From an uncultured archaeon (GTDB lineage Archaea > Iainarchaeota > Iainarchaeia > Iainarchaeales > Iainarchaeaceae), in the NCBI GenBank assembly GCA_964577555.1, contig CAZNZM010000013.1, positions 1 to 6,606 on the forward strand: a DNA stretch of 6,606 bases, read 5' to 3'. Numbering within the stretch: the stretch's first letter is position 1; each line of letters starts with the position of its first letter. Positions 1 to 6,606 of this stretch are shown here, piece after piece. The position numbers were made by a program, and so were the translations under genes. The notes below the pieces were generated by a model that saw nothing but the letters and a program-made list of their open reading frames with translations, made no database searches and was not told the origin of the DNA.

Positions 1-1
1 T

Positions 2-487
2 TTATATTTTTTTTATTTTTAGCCGGGAAAGCGTTGAATGGTCTAACAATGCAGGTATTGTCAATTGTGGTACTCTGTTGTGGAATTCTTGTTGAATTTC
101 GTCAATTGATGCTGGGTTTGTGGTTATTGAGTCCAGCGAGTCAAGGGCGATTAAATCGTATGTTCCTGATTCTATTTCCTTGATTACCAACTCCACTATT
201 CTTGGGTTAGAGCTTTCTATTGAAACTATTTTGAGGTTTGGCGTTTTTTTGACGTCCCAACCGAATTGTGCCATTTGTGTTGAGAGTTTTCCTTCGGTTT
301 GCTCCAAATCCAAATAGAGGCATTTTTTTCCTTTTAGTGCATTGTGGTATAATATTTGACTGCATAAATTGCTTTTGCCTGAACCAGGTGTTCCACTGAC
401 AAGTATGAGTGATCCATTTGGAAAGCCACCTGCAATAAGGTTGTCAAAGCCAGGTATGTGGGTTGGCACTCTTTCAATGCTGATCAT
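2..487 (-). CDS. KaiC/RadA-like P-loop ATPase domain protein, apparently C-terminally truncated or frameshifted
   Basis: ORF MISIERVPTHIPGFDNLIAGGFPNGSLILVSGTPGSGKS... has 'GFDxLIxGGxPxGS' followed by Walker A GTPGSGKS and Walker B-like YDLIALDSLDSI, typical of the KaiC/RecA-like family. It ends at 161 aa shortly after Walker B, within an A-rich tract at the window edge. Confidence 0.85.
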   Translation of the reverse strand: MISIERVPTHIPGFDNLIAGGFPNGSLILVSGTPGSGKSNLCSQILYHNALKGKKCLYLDLEQTEGKLSTQMAQFGWDVKKTPNLKIVSIESSNPRIVELVIKEIESGTYDLIALDSLDSITTNPASIDEIQQEFHNRVPQLTIPALLDHSTLSRLKIKKI

Positions 488-513
488 GTCAAGTAATTAG
501 TTTATTAAAGTAG

Positions 514-522
514 TATATTAAA
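514..522 (-). promoter_or_regulatory. Candidate archaeal TATA box for the KaiC-like gene
   Basis: Minus strand reads TTTAATATA centred about 31 nt upstream of the ATG at 487; no Shine-Dalgarno is visible, so the transcript may be near-leaderless. Confidence 0.4.
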
Positions 523-689
523 GTTATTGGTTTTTATTTAAAAAAGCATTTTTAAAGTAAATGCAAACATTTAGTCTCTTTGAGAAAGTTATTTAAACTA
601 AAATTTAATTAGTAAAAAAAGTCTGTAAAGTAAAAAAACATTAATTTAAAAACTTTTCTTAACTATATTGAGTTTACAAGTTAATTTTA

Positions 690-696
690 GGGGGGG
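690..696 (+). promoter_or_regulatory. Candidate ribosome-binding site (G7 run) for TTG start at 701
   Basis: TTTTAGGGGGGGTTTTTTGAAC: G7 run 4 nt upstream of TTG(701-703), in an otherwise AT-rich context. It could pair with the CCUCC anti-SD using one G-U pair. Confidence 0.45.
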
Positions 697-700
697 TTTT

Positions 701-1165
701 TTGAACAAAACTAAATTCATAGGATTAATCGCTTTTGCATTGGCCATTATTTTGCCATCTGCACTTAGCGTAACAACAGAAATTATAAACATCGATAATA
801 AGCTAAATTGGCTTGGAATGGGCAATCTTCAAAGGGTTGATTCCAATGGAGTTATAGGAAATTTGTTTTTCCAAAATGGCTCTACCACTTTGTTTTTGCC
901 TTCCAAAACTGCGGAAATAAATTTTATAGGCACTAATTTTGTAAGATATAGTGCTGAGTACGACGATGCTATTTTGTCAATAAATAATGTTGATTGCGAT
1001 GCTGAGGTCAAATTCCATGGCACTGCAAGTTATGTGAGTTCGCCTAATCCAAATAATAAATTGGCGGTTTTCATAGGAGTGGTAAGCGTCAGTCCTTTGA
1101 ATTGTAATGCTGCTCCATTTTTCTTTGTAGTGACTGGAAATGGCACAAGCACCACAAGCACCTAG
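701..1165 (+). CDS. Small predicted secreted or surface protein, unknown family
   Basis: In-frame TTG at 701 gives MNKTKFIGLIAFALAIILPSALSVTTEIINIDNK..., a classic signal peptide (basic n-region, hydrophobic h-region, ALS cleavage-like site). Mature part has two cysteines and ends in GNGTSTTST; stop TAG 1163-1165. The ORF track extends to 668 with an alternative TTG. Confidence 0.65.
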   Translation: MNKTKFIGLIAFALAIILPSALSVTTEIINIDNKLNWLGMGNLQRVDSNGVIGNLFFQNGSTTLFLPSKTAEINFIGTNFVRYSAEYDDAILSINNVDCDAEVKFHGTASYVSSPNPNNKLAVFIGVVSVSPLNCNAAPFFFVVTGNGTSTTST

Positions 1166-1193
1166 GCTTAAATTTTTGACTCTAAATTTTTTG

Positions 1194-1219
1194 CCTTTAT
1201 GGGAATCGCCCCATAAAGG
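1194..1219 (+). terminator. Perfect 10-bp inverted repeat, possible 3' hairpin or terminator of the 701-1165 gene
   Basis: CCTTTATGGG (1194-1203), loop AATCGC, CCCATAAAGG (1210-1219); 28 nt after the stop codon and followed by ACTAATTTTATTTTT. Confidence 0.5.
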
Positions 1220-1452
1220 ACTAATTTTATTTTTGCAAATTTGAAAGTTAAATTAAAAAATAAATTTATTTGAAGTTTGTTTTTTGTTTTTCTTTTTTGC
1301 CAAAATTTTTTTTGTTTCATATTTTTTTTGTCTTATACTTTAATTCTTTTTACAATGTTTTTTGGAAGCCATTTTTTTTGATTTTGCTTGACAAATTTTT
1401 GCCAAGTATTTTTTGTTTGGCGATTAACGGGTTTTAATTTTTAATAGTATAC

Positions 1453-2055
1453 TCAGTATTCTGTTCCATCGTCATTTGTTGCCCATATGTAAAGCGAGGC
1501 TATTGTTTTGTATGGCTCCCATTTTTTTGCTATTTCGTTTATTTGTTTTTTGTCTGGCTTTTCTTTCAAACCATAGTTTTTTTGCAGCGCCTTGATAAAG
1601 CCTAAATCCGTGCTTGGCAGTACGTTTTGCCTGCCAAGTGAAAATATTAGAAACATTTGTGCTGTCCAAAGCCCTATTCCTTTCAAAGAAGTCAAATATT
1701 CGATTATTTCTTCATCGCTCATTTTTTCCATGCGTTCTTTGGTTATGGCTTCTGTCAGAAATTTTTTTGCCATTTCCTCTATGTACTCTGTTTTTTTTGT
1801 TGAAACGCCTGTTTCAAAAATTTTTGTTTTTCCTAACAGCAATGTTTTTTCAGGGACAACTTGATTTTCGTGTATTTCTTTGAATCGCTGGAATATTTTT
1901 GAAGCCGCTTTCATTGAAAGTTGCTGGAATATTATTGCTTGACAAAGGCTTTCATAGTAATTTTCCTTTTTGTTTAACTTTATTGGCCCTAATTTTTCAA
2001 TTATTTTTGCTATTACTTTGTCCTTTTTTTTCAAATACTCTATTACTTTTCGCAT
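1453..2055 (-). CDS. HhH-GPD superfamily DNA glycosylase, AlkA / 3-methyladenine-type
   Basis: Helix-hairpin-helix LKGIGLWTAQMFLIF followed by VLPSTDLGF (AlkA-like catalytic Asp). The QAIIFQQLSMKAASKIFQRF segment is typical of this family. ATG at 2055 preferred over the TTG at 2067 (first 4 residues of the track ORF). Confidence 0.88.
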   Translation of the reverse strand: MRKVIEYLKKKDKVIAKIIEKLGPIKLNKKENYYESLCQAIIFQQLSMKAASKIFQRFKEIHENQVVPEKTLLLGKTKIFETGVSTKKTEYIEEMAKKFLTEAITKERMEKMSDEEIIEYLTSLKGIGLWTAQMFLIFSLGRQNVLPSTDLGFIKALQKNYGLKEKPDKKQINEIAKKWEPYKTIASLYIWATNDDGTEY

Positions 2056-2082
2056 TTTCAAAATCAAGAATAATCCGGTAAG

Positions 2083-2090
2083 TTTAAATT
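2083..2090. promoter_or_regulatory. Candidate TATA box for rnpB, possibly shared with the divergent glycosylase gene
   Basis: TTTAAATT (revcomp AATTTAAA) centred about 25 nt upstream of the RNase P RNA 5' end and about 31 nt upstream of the glycosylase ATG on the other strand. Confidence 0.45.
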
Positions 2091-2111
2091 TTTTTTAGAT
2101 ACACAATTATA

Positions 2112-2413
2112 GTGAGGAGCAGGGCGACAGGCTGCCGGTGCTTTGTGCGCTGAGGAAAGTCCGTCCACACTGAAAACTCCTGCATAAGCAGGGCATCGAG
2201 AGATGGCCAAGGGAAACAGAAACGACACCCGTTTTTGGGATGAAACGAGCCCTTGAGTGTGCAACTCCATTTTGGAGGCTTAGTCGAATGCCTGTGCGGC
2301 CAAAGGCTTAATTGCCAAAAAACCATTTTTTTAATGGGTTTTGCTTTTTTAAAGGCTTTTTGCCAAAAAAAGCGGCGCAAAACAGAAGACGGCTTATGCC
2401 CTGCACCTCTTTT
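2112..2413 (+). ncRNA. rnpB: RNase P RNA
   Basis: CR-I GAGGAAAGTCC (2152-2162); GGCCAAGGGAAACAGAAACG central conserved region (2205-2224); CR-V ACAGAAGACGGCTTA (2382-2396). Closing helices GAGG/CCTC (2114-2117/2406-2409) and GCAGGGC/GCCCTGC (2119-2125/2398-2404). The 3' end is followed by a T run. Ends are approximate. Confidence 0.95.
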
Positions 2414-2415
2414 TT
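2410..2415 (+). terminator. T-run downstream of rnpB, possible archaeal U-rich terminator
   Basis: TTTTTT immediately after the 3' strand of P1 (CCTC 2406-2409). Confidence 0.4.
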
Positions 2416-2450
2416 AAGTTAATTAAAATTTTTTGGCGAAGTAAGTAAAG

Positions 2451-2460
2451 TTTTATATAT
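2451..2460 (+). promoter_or_regulatory. Candidate archaeal TATA box for the S8 protease gene
   Basis: AAAGTTTTATATAT centred about 25 nt upstream of ATG 2481, with no SD; this fits a leaderless archaeal promoter. Confidence 0.5.
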
Positions 2461-2480
2461 TGTTAAAATTAATCTAATTT

Positions 2481-5400
2481 ATGCATTGGCTTTTTTTGTT
2501 GGTGATTTTTTTTTATTCGTTGTTAGCCGGTTGTGGCGAGCCTGTTCAAGAAATTTCTGTTTGTGGCGATGGAATTTGTTTTCCTAACGAAATTTCTTCT
2601 TGCAGTGCAGATTGCGTAAACTTGGCTGGGAGCGTTTCGCCTGCAAGTGTTTTGCCAAGCGAGACAGGAAGCGGCTCAAATCCTGTGACAAACAATTCAG
2701 ATCTTTCAAATGTCTATTTAGAATTTTTTCCTCCTAATCCTGCTCCGCAAGAAAATATGATTATAAAAGCTGAAGCGACTCTTAAAGAAGATGTTCCTCC
2801 AGGCACTTTTATTGATAAAATATCAATTGATTTTGGAAATGGAGAAGTTTTGGAATCGCTTTGTTCAAACAAAAAAAGATGTGTAGTGTCTTTTTCCAAG
2901 TCTTTTTCTTCTCAAGGGCGTTTTCCTGTAACAGCAAAAGTTTTTTCTTCAAATTCAGTTATTGGTAGCAATAATTATGTTGCGGAAGTATCTTATCCTG
3001 ATTATTCTTTTACTTGTGACGATTCTCAACTTCAAACTGCAGGCAGTGGCGCAACTGAAAATGCTTCTAGGTTGGAAATTTTGAAAGTTTCTGATTTTAG
3101 TACTCCTGACGCGGGCAAGGACAAAAATTTTTCTTTTTATTCTTTTGATGAAGGACCATTGCTTGACAGGGATTTTAGTGAGAGTATTAAAGGCGACAAG
3201 GTTTCTTTGATAGTTCAATTCAATTCCAAGTCACTAATTGAAAAAGCCAAAGAATTAAAGCTTAATCTTCCTGAATTGAGCAAAAATCCAGAACTTAATT
3301 ATTATTTGAATTATTTGAAAAAAGAACAAGAAACCTCTTTTGCGACTCTTTCAAAGTATTTTAAAGGACTTAAAAAGAAGCATTCTTTGCTTAACGTATT
3401 TAATGGGGTAGTAATAGAGGTTGATGTTGAAGATTTTAAAGAAGCTATTGTTCAGGTTGAAAAGCTCGGAATTGTAAAGAAAATTTATCCAGACGCTAAC
3501 GTTTATCCTTCATTATCAAACAGCGTGCCCAATATTAAAGCAAATCAAGTTTGGAGTTTGAAGGATTCTCGCGGTTTGCCTTTGGAAGGAGAAGGAACTG
3601 TTATTTCAATAATAGATTCTGGCATTGATTATAAACACAGTGATTTGGGAGGTTGTTTTGGGCCTGCATGCAAAGTAATTGGAGGATATGATATAGTCAA
3701 TAACGATTCCGATCCAATGGATGATCATGGACATGGCACTCATGTTGCAGGCATAGCCGCAGGAGATGGAACATTAAAAGGTGTTGCGCCAAAGTCAAAA
3801 CTCTTGGCTTATAAAATATTTGACAAATACGGGTCAGGAAAATGGTCAGATATTTTAAAAGCCATGGATTTGTCTGTTGATCCTAACCAGGATTTGGATT
3901 ATTCTGACAGCGCAGACGTAATAAATTTAAGCTTGGGTGGATATGGAAATTCTGATGACCCTATAAGCGTGGCTGTTGATAATATAGTTGATAAAGGCGT
4001 TGTAGTAGTAGCCGCGGCTGGAAATTATGGGCTATTAGGATATATGGGTGCTCCTTCTGCTTCAAGAAAAGCTATTTCAGTAGGTGCTTCGTCTGGCAAT
4101 GAAATTACTGATTTTAGCATGAATGGGCCTGTATTTTCCAATAATCTTTCCGAAATGTTTGTAAAACCTGATATTGTTGCACCAGGCTTGGAAATTTGTT
4201 CTGCTTTGAGTTCACAACTTTTTAAAAGCGGAAATTGCGTTGATTCAACTCATACAAAAATGAGTGGGACAAGCATGTCGACACCTCATATTTCTGGTTT
4301 GGTTGCTTTAATAAAACAAGCACACCCTGACTGGACTCCATCAGAAATCAAAGGGGCAATAGTCAGTTCGGGAATTGATCTTGGTTATAGCCACTTTGTT
4401 CAAGGCACCGGTTTGGTTGATTCCGTTGAAGCAATAAATGCTAAAGTTATTACAGAACCTGTTTCTTTGGGTTTTATTTCCGTTAATCCTTTTACTGAAC
4501 AAACAAAGAATTTTGTTGTAAAAAATTTGAGTGCCAATTCATTAGGCGTAAAAGTATTGTTGCCTTCCGTTGTTTATGAGTCTAAAATCGAAGAAACAGG
4601 ATTTGATACAGGTTACTCTTCGGAACATAGCCCTGTAAATCTTGGAAAGAGATTGCTTGAAAAAAGCTTTTCAGCTTCGTTCTCTATTTCGCAAAACTCT
4701 TTATGTCTTTCTCCAAAGTCTTTCCAAAATTTGGCTCTTACATTTAATTCAACCAATGCTCCTTTAGGCGGTTATTATACTAATGCAATAACCTTTGAAG
4801 TTTATTCGGATTGCAGTTTTAGCAACAAATTAAAAGAAACTAAAATGCCTATAGCGATTGGAAGGTTGAATAAAGCTTTAATTAATTTTACACAAAGAAA
4901 TGACAAAAAAGGAGAAACTATTTTTAGAGCTTTAGATTTTTTTAAAAAGGACGAGTTACCAATATACTTTAATTTTTTATTGAGTAAAAACGAAAATTCA
5001 AAATCATTTTACTTTTTGAAAGAGCCTCTTGAAGTTGTTTATACGCATGTTTGGGCTGAAAAATCCAATGAAAAAATAACTAACATAAATTTTTTATATG
5101 CTGTGAGGCAAATAAATTTTTCAGATTCTTCAAATGGATTATTAACAATAAATATTAATGAAAATGAAATTCCTTTGCTGGCTGACGACTCTGAAAGAAT
5201 CCTAAGGGAAACAAACTTGGAGTTATTCGGCAAATACTTTGAGTTAGATAGAACTTTAAATAATATTCGTTATGATATACCCATTGCTACAGGAAGAATT
5301 CTTGAAACAAATGCATGTCCTTCAATCAAAAAATTTAATCAATACTTTTCCATTGACGACCCTTCTTCAACCAAGTGGGAATTTTACACGGGTTTTTATG

Positions 5401-6606
5401 CAAAAGATAAGGGCAAGAGCTTTTACAATGCAAAAAACATCCTTATGGCAACCAATTATATAGACAATTTGAAAGGCAAAAACAGCATTAGTTTTGGATC
5501 AGTTGCAAGAAAAGAAATGATTTTTTTCCAACCAATAAAAAGCGAAAATAAAAATTTTTTATTTGACATGGGGATTGCACCGAAGATGGCTGAACATAAT
5601 CATCTGTTAGGTACTGGTTGGTTTATTGAAAGGGTCAATCCAAATGTAAAAAAAACATTATTGCATAATTCATACTCATTTCCAATAGTTTTAGATTATT
5701 CAATAGCTTATCTTTCTTTAACCCCTGAATTTGAATACATTTCCGAATTAGAACAACGGTTTGTGGGAAATCTTTCAAATTCAGATTCTATTAAATTTGA
5801 ATTCATGAAACCGCCTATTTCCGCATATTTCCTTATTAGAGAGAAAGACGATGGCCCAATAACAAACCTAGTAAATTCATTGAATATTATGTTAAAAGAT
5901 GAAGGAAAAAAGCCGTTGCAAATAAATAAACCTCTTTGGTATAAATTTTCAGAAAATGATTTGCTTTTTGGACATTACTCAAAAAACATCAAAATTTCCA
6001 TAAAAAGACCTGATGGCAAAACCATAATACTAACGCCAAAGGAATCGAAAATATCATGCCTGTTAATAATGGAAAATACAAATCAGTATTGCCTTGACGG
6101 CAAGTATGAATTTACTGCAGAATATTCTGGCTTGAAAGACATTGAACACTATGTTTTGAAGGGATTTGCAAATTATAATCGTGCTTCTGGCGGTTGGACT
6201 TTAGAACCTAATAACAAACCATCAGTTTCTTTGTCTGTTTCAAAAAATGAAAACATAGTTGAAGGAGATAATTTAACTTTTGAAGCTGTTGCTTCAGACT
6301 CAGACGGTATTGCATTTGTGCAATTTTATGATAATGGTGTTAAAATAGGAACTGACGAAAGTCCGCCTTATTCACTTCAAACTTCTTTAAACAAAGGCTC
6401 GCACGAAATAACTGCTTATGCTTTTGACACTTTTGGACTATTAGGTTCAAGCCCCAGTATTTTGCTTAATGTTAATGAAAATGTCGTGGTTACTAACATG
6501 CCGCCTGTTGTTTCTTTAACTTCGCCACTTGACAGAACAACCTACACAGCCCCAGCAAACATAACCATAACAGCAAACGCCAACGACCCAGACGGAACCA
6601 TAACAA
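2481..6606 (+). CDS. Large multidomain S8 subtilisin-like surface serine protease, partial at 3' window edge
   Basis: Manually translated frame (codons starting at coordinates divisible by 3) is open from ATG 2481 (in-frame TAA at 2475) to the window end; at least 1375 codons. Key segments: MHWLFLLVIFFYSLLAGCGEPV; VCGDGICFPNEISSCSADC; I9-like NVFNGVVIEVDVEDFKEAIVQVEKLGIVKKIYPDANV; catalytic D379 (IIDSGID, 3615), H418 (DDHGHGTHVAG, 3732), oxyanion N515 (AAAGNYG, 4023), S598 (GTSMSTPH, 4272); C-terminal Ig-like repeats. Confidence 0.95.
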   Translation, partial: MHWLFLLVIFFYSLLAGCGEPVQEISVCGDGICFPNEISSCSADCVNLAGSVSPASVLPSETGSGSNPVTNNSDLSNVYLEFFPPNPAPQENMIIKAEATLKEDVPPGTFIDKISIDFGNGEVLESLCSNKKRCVVSFSKSFSSQGRFPVTAKVFSSNSVIGSNNYVAEVSYPDYSFTCDDSQLQTAGSGATENASRLEILKVSDFSTPDAGKDKNFSFYSFDEGPLLDRDFSESIKGDKVSLIVQFNSKSLIEKAKELKLNLPELSKNPELNYYLNYLKKEQETSFATLSKYFKGLKKKHSLLNVFNGVVIEVDVEDFKEAIVQVEKLGIVKKIYPDANVYPSLSNSVPNIKANQVWSLKDSRGLPLEGEGTVISIIDSGIDYKHSDLGGCFGPACKVIGGYDIVNNDSDPMDDHGHGTHVAGIAAGDGTLKGVAPKSKLLAYKIFDKYGSGKWSDILKAMDLSVDPNQDLDYSDSADVINLSLGGYGNSDDPISVAVDNIVDKGVVVVAAAGNYGLLGYMGAPSASRKAISVGASSGNEITDFSMNGPVFSNNLSEMFVKPDIVAPGLEICSALSSQLFKSGNCVDSTHTKMSGTSMSTPHISGLVALIKQAHPDWTPSEIKGAIVSSGIDLGYSHFVQGTGLVDSVEAINAKVITEPVSLGFISVNPFTEQTKNFVVKNLSANSLGVKVLLPSVVYESKIEETGFDTGYSSEHSPVNLGKRLLEKSFSASFSISQNSLCLSPKSFQNLALTFNSTNAPLGGYYTNAITFEVYSDCSFSNKLKETKMPIAIGRLNKALINFTQRNDKKGETIFRALDFFKKDELPIYFNFLLSKNENSKSFYFLKEPLEVVYTHVWAEKSNEKITNINFLYAVRQINFSDSSNGLLTININENEIPLLADDSERILRETNLELFGKYFELDRTLNNIRYDIPIATGRILETNACPSIKKFNQYFSIDDPSSTKWEFYTGFYAKDKGKSFYNAKNILMATNYIDNLKGKNSISFGSVARKEMIFFQPIKSENKNFLFDMGIAPKMAEHNHLLGTGWFIERVNPNVKKTLLHNSYSFPIVLDYSIAYLSLTPEFEYISELEQRFVGNLSNSDSIKFEFMKPPISAYFLIREKDDGPITNLVNSLNIMLKDEGKKPLQINKPLWYKFSENDLLFGHYSKNIKISIKRPDGKTIILTPKESKISCLLIMENTNQYCLDGKYEFTAEYSGLKDIEHYVLKGFANYNRASGGWTLEPNNKPSVSLSVSKNENIVEGDNLTFEAVASDSDGIAFVQFYDNGVKIGTDESPPYSLQTSLNKGSHEITAYAFDTFGLLGSSPSILLNVNENVVVTNMPPVVSLTSPLDRTTYTAPANITITANANDPDGTIT
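6219..6473 (+). other. Ig-like (Big_9-like) domain within the S8 protease; a second begins at about 6501 and runs off the window
   Basis: PSVSLSVSKNENIVEGDNLTFEAVASDSDGIAFVQFYDNGVKIGTDESPPYSLQTSLNKGSHEITAYAFDTFG, followed by PPVVSLTSPLDRTTYTAPANITITANANDPDGTIT. Both have the P-x-VSLxxP...A.DxDGxI pattern of bacterial-type Ig domains. Confidence 0.75.

Noticed and set aside
120-317. ORF on + strand, 65 aa
   Set aside because: Antisense to the KaiC-like gene with clear Walker motifs.
500-660. Recurrent TTAAAGTA/AAAGTAA words in the intergenic region
   Set aside because: Short, irregularly spaced and low-complexity; not convincing as a CRISPR, iteron or regulator array.
829-1023. ORF on - strand, 64 aa
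   Set aside because: Antisense to the signal-peptide-bearing ORF; no domain features.
1401-1421. GCCAA...TTGGC inverted repeat
   Set aside because: Only 5 bp with an 11-nt loop in AT-rich DNA; expected by chance.
1472-2081. Several + strand ORFs (1472-1669, 1592-1864, 1614-1883, 1899-2081)
   Set aside because: Overlap the well supported glycosylase gene on the opposite strand; sequences look like antisense low-complexity translations (FFF/LLL rich).
2084-2380. ORF track: 98 aa (+) and 68 aa (-, 2064-2270) ORFs
   Set aside because: Both overlap the RNase P RNA and its flank; the peptides have no recognisable domain and the conserved RNA motifs explain the region.
2714-3218. ORF track ORFs at 2714-2899 (-) and 2955-3218 (-)
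   Set aside because: Antisense to the continuous S8 protease reading frame; low-quality composition and no family resemblance.
5039-5463. ORF track ORFs at 5039-5233 (-) and 5272-5463 (+)
   Set aside because: Both lie within the open S8 protease frame and look like chance ORFs.

Overview
AT-rich window, most likely from an archaeal genome (inference from archaeal-type TATA elements, an RNase P RNA, a KaiC/RadA-like ATPase and a surface subtilase). Contents: (1) minus-strand KaiC/RadA-like P-loop ATPase (2-487), which ends in a homopolymer tract and looks C-terminally short; (2) small predicted secreted protein of unknown family (701-1165,+), preceded by a G7 run and followed by a perfect 10-bp hairpin and very T-rich DNA; (3) minimal HhH-GPD/AlkA-class DNA glycosylase (1453-2055,-); (4) RNase P RNA gene rnpB (about 2112-2413,+), identified from CR-I, CR-V and P1/P2 closing helices; (5) a very large ORF open to the window end (2481-6606,+, at least 1375 aa) that is absent from the supplied ORF track. 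It encodes a multidomain S8 subtilisin-like surface protease with a lipobox-like N-terminus, a CGDGIC-type cysteine motif, a possible PKD-like domain, an I9-like propeptide, an intact D/H/N/S catalytic set, a long uncharacterised region and C-terminal Ig-like (Big_9-like) repeats. I see no CRISPR array, transposon, tRNA or defence island. The least explained parts are the composite protease and the small secreted protein.
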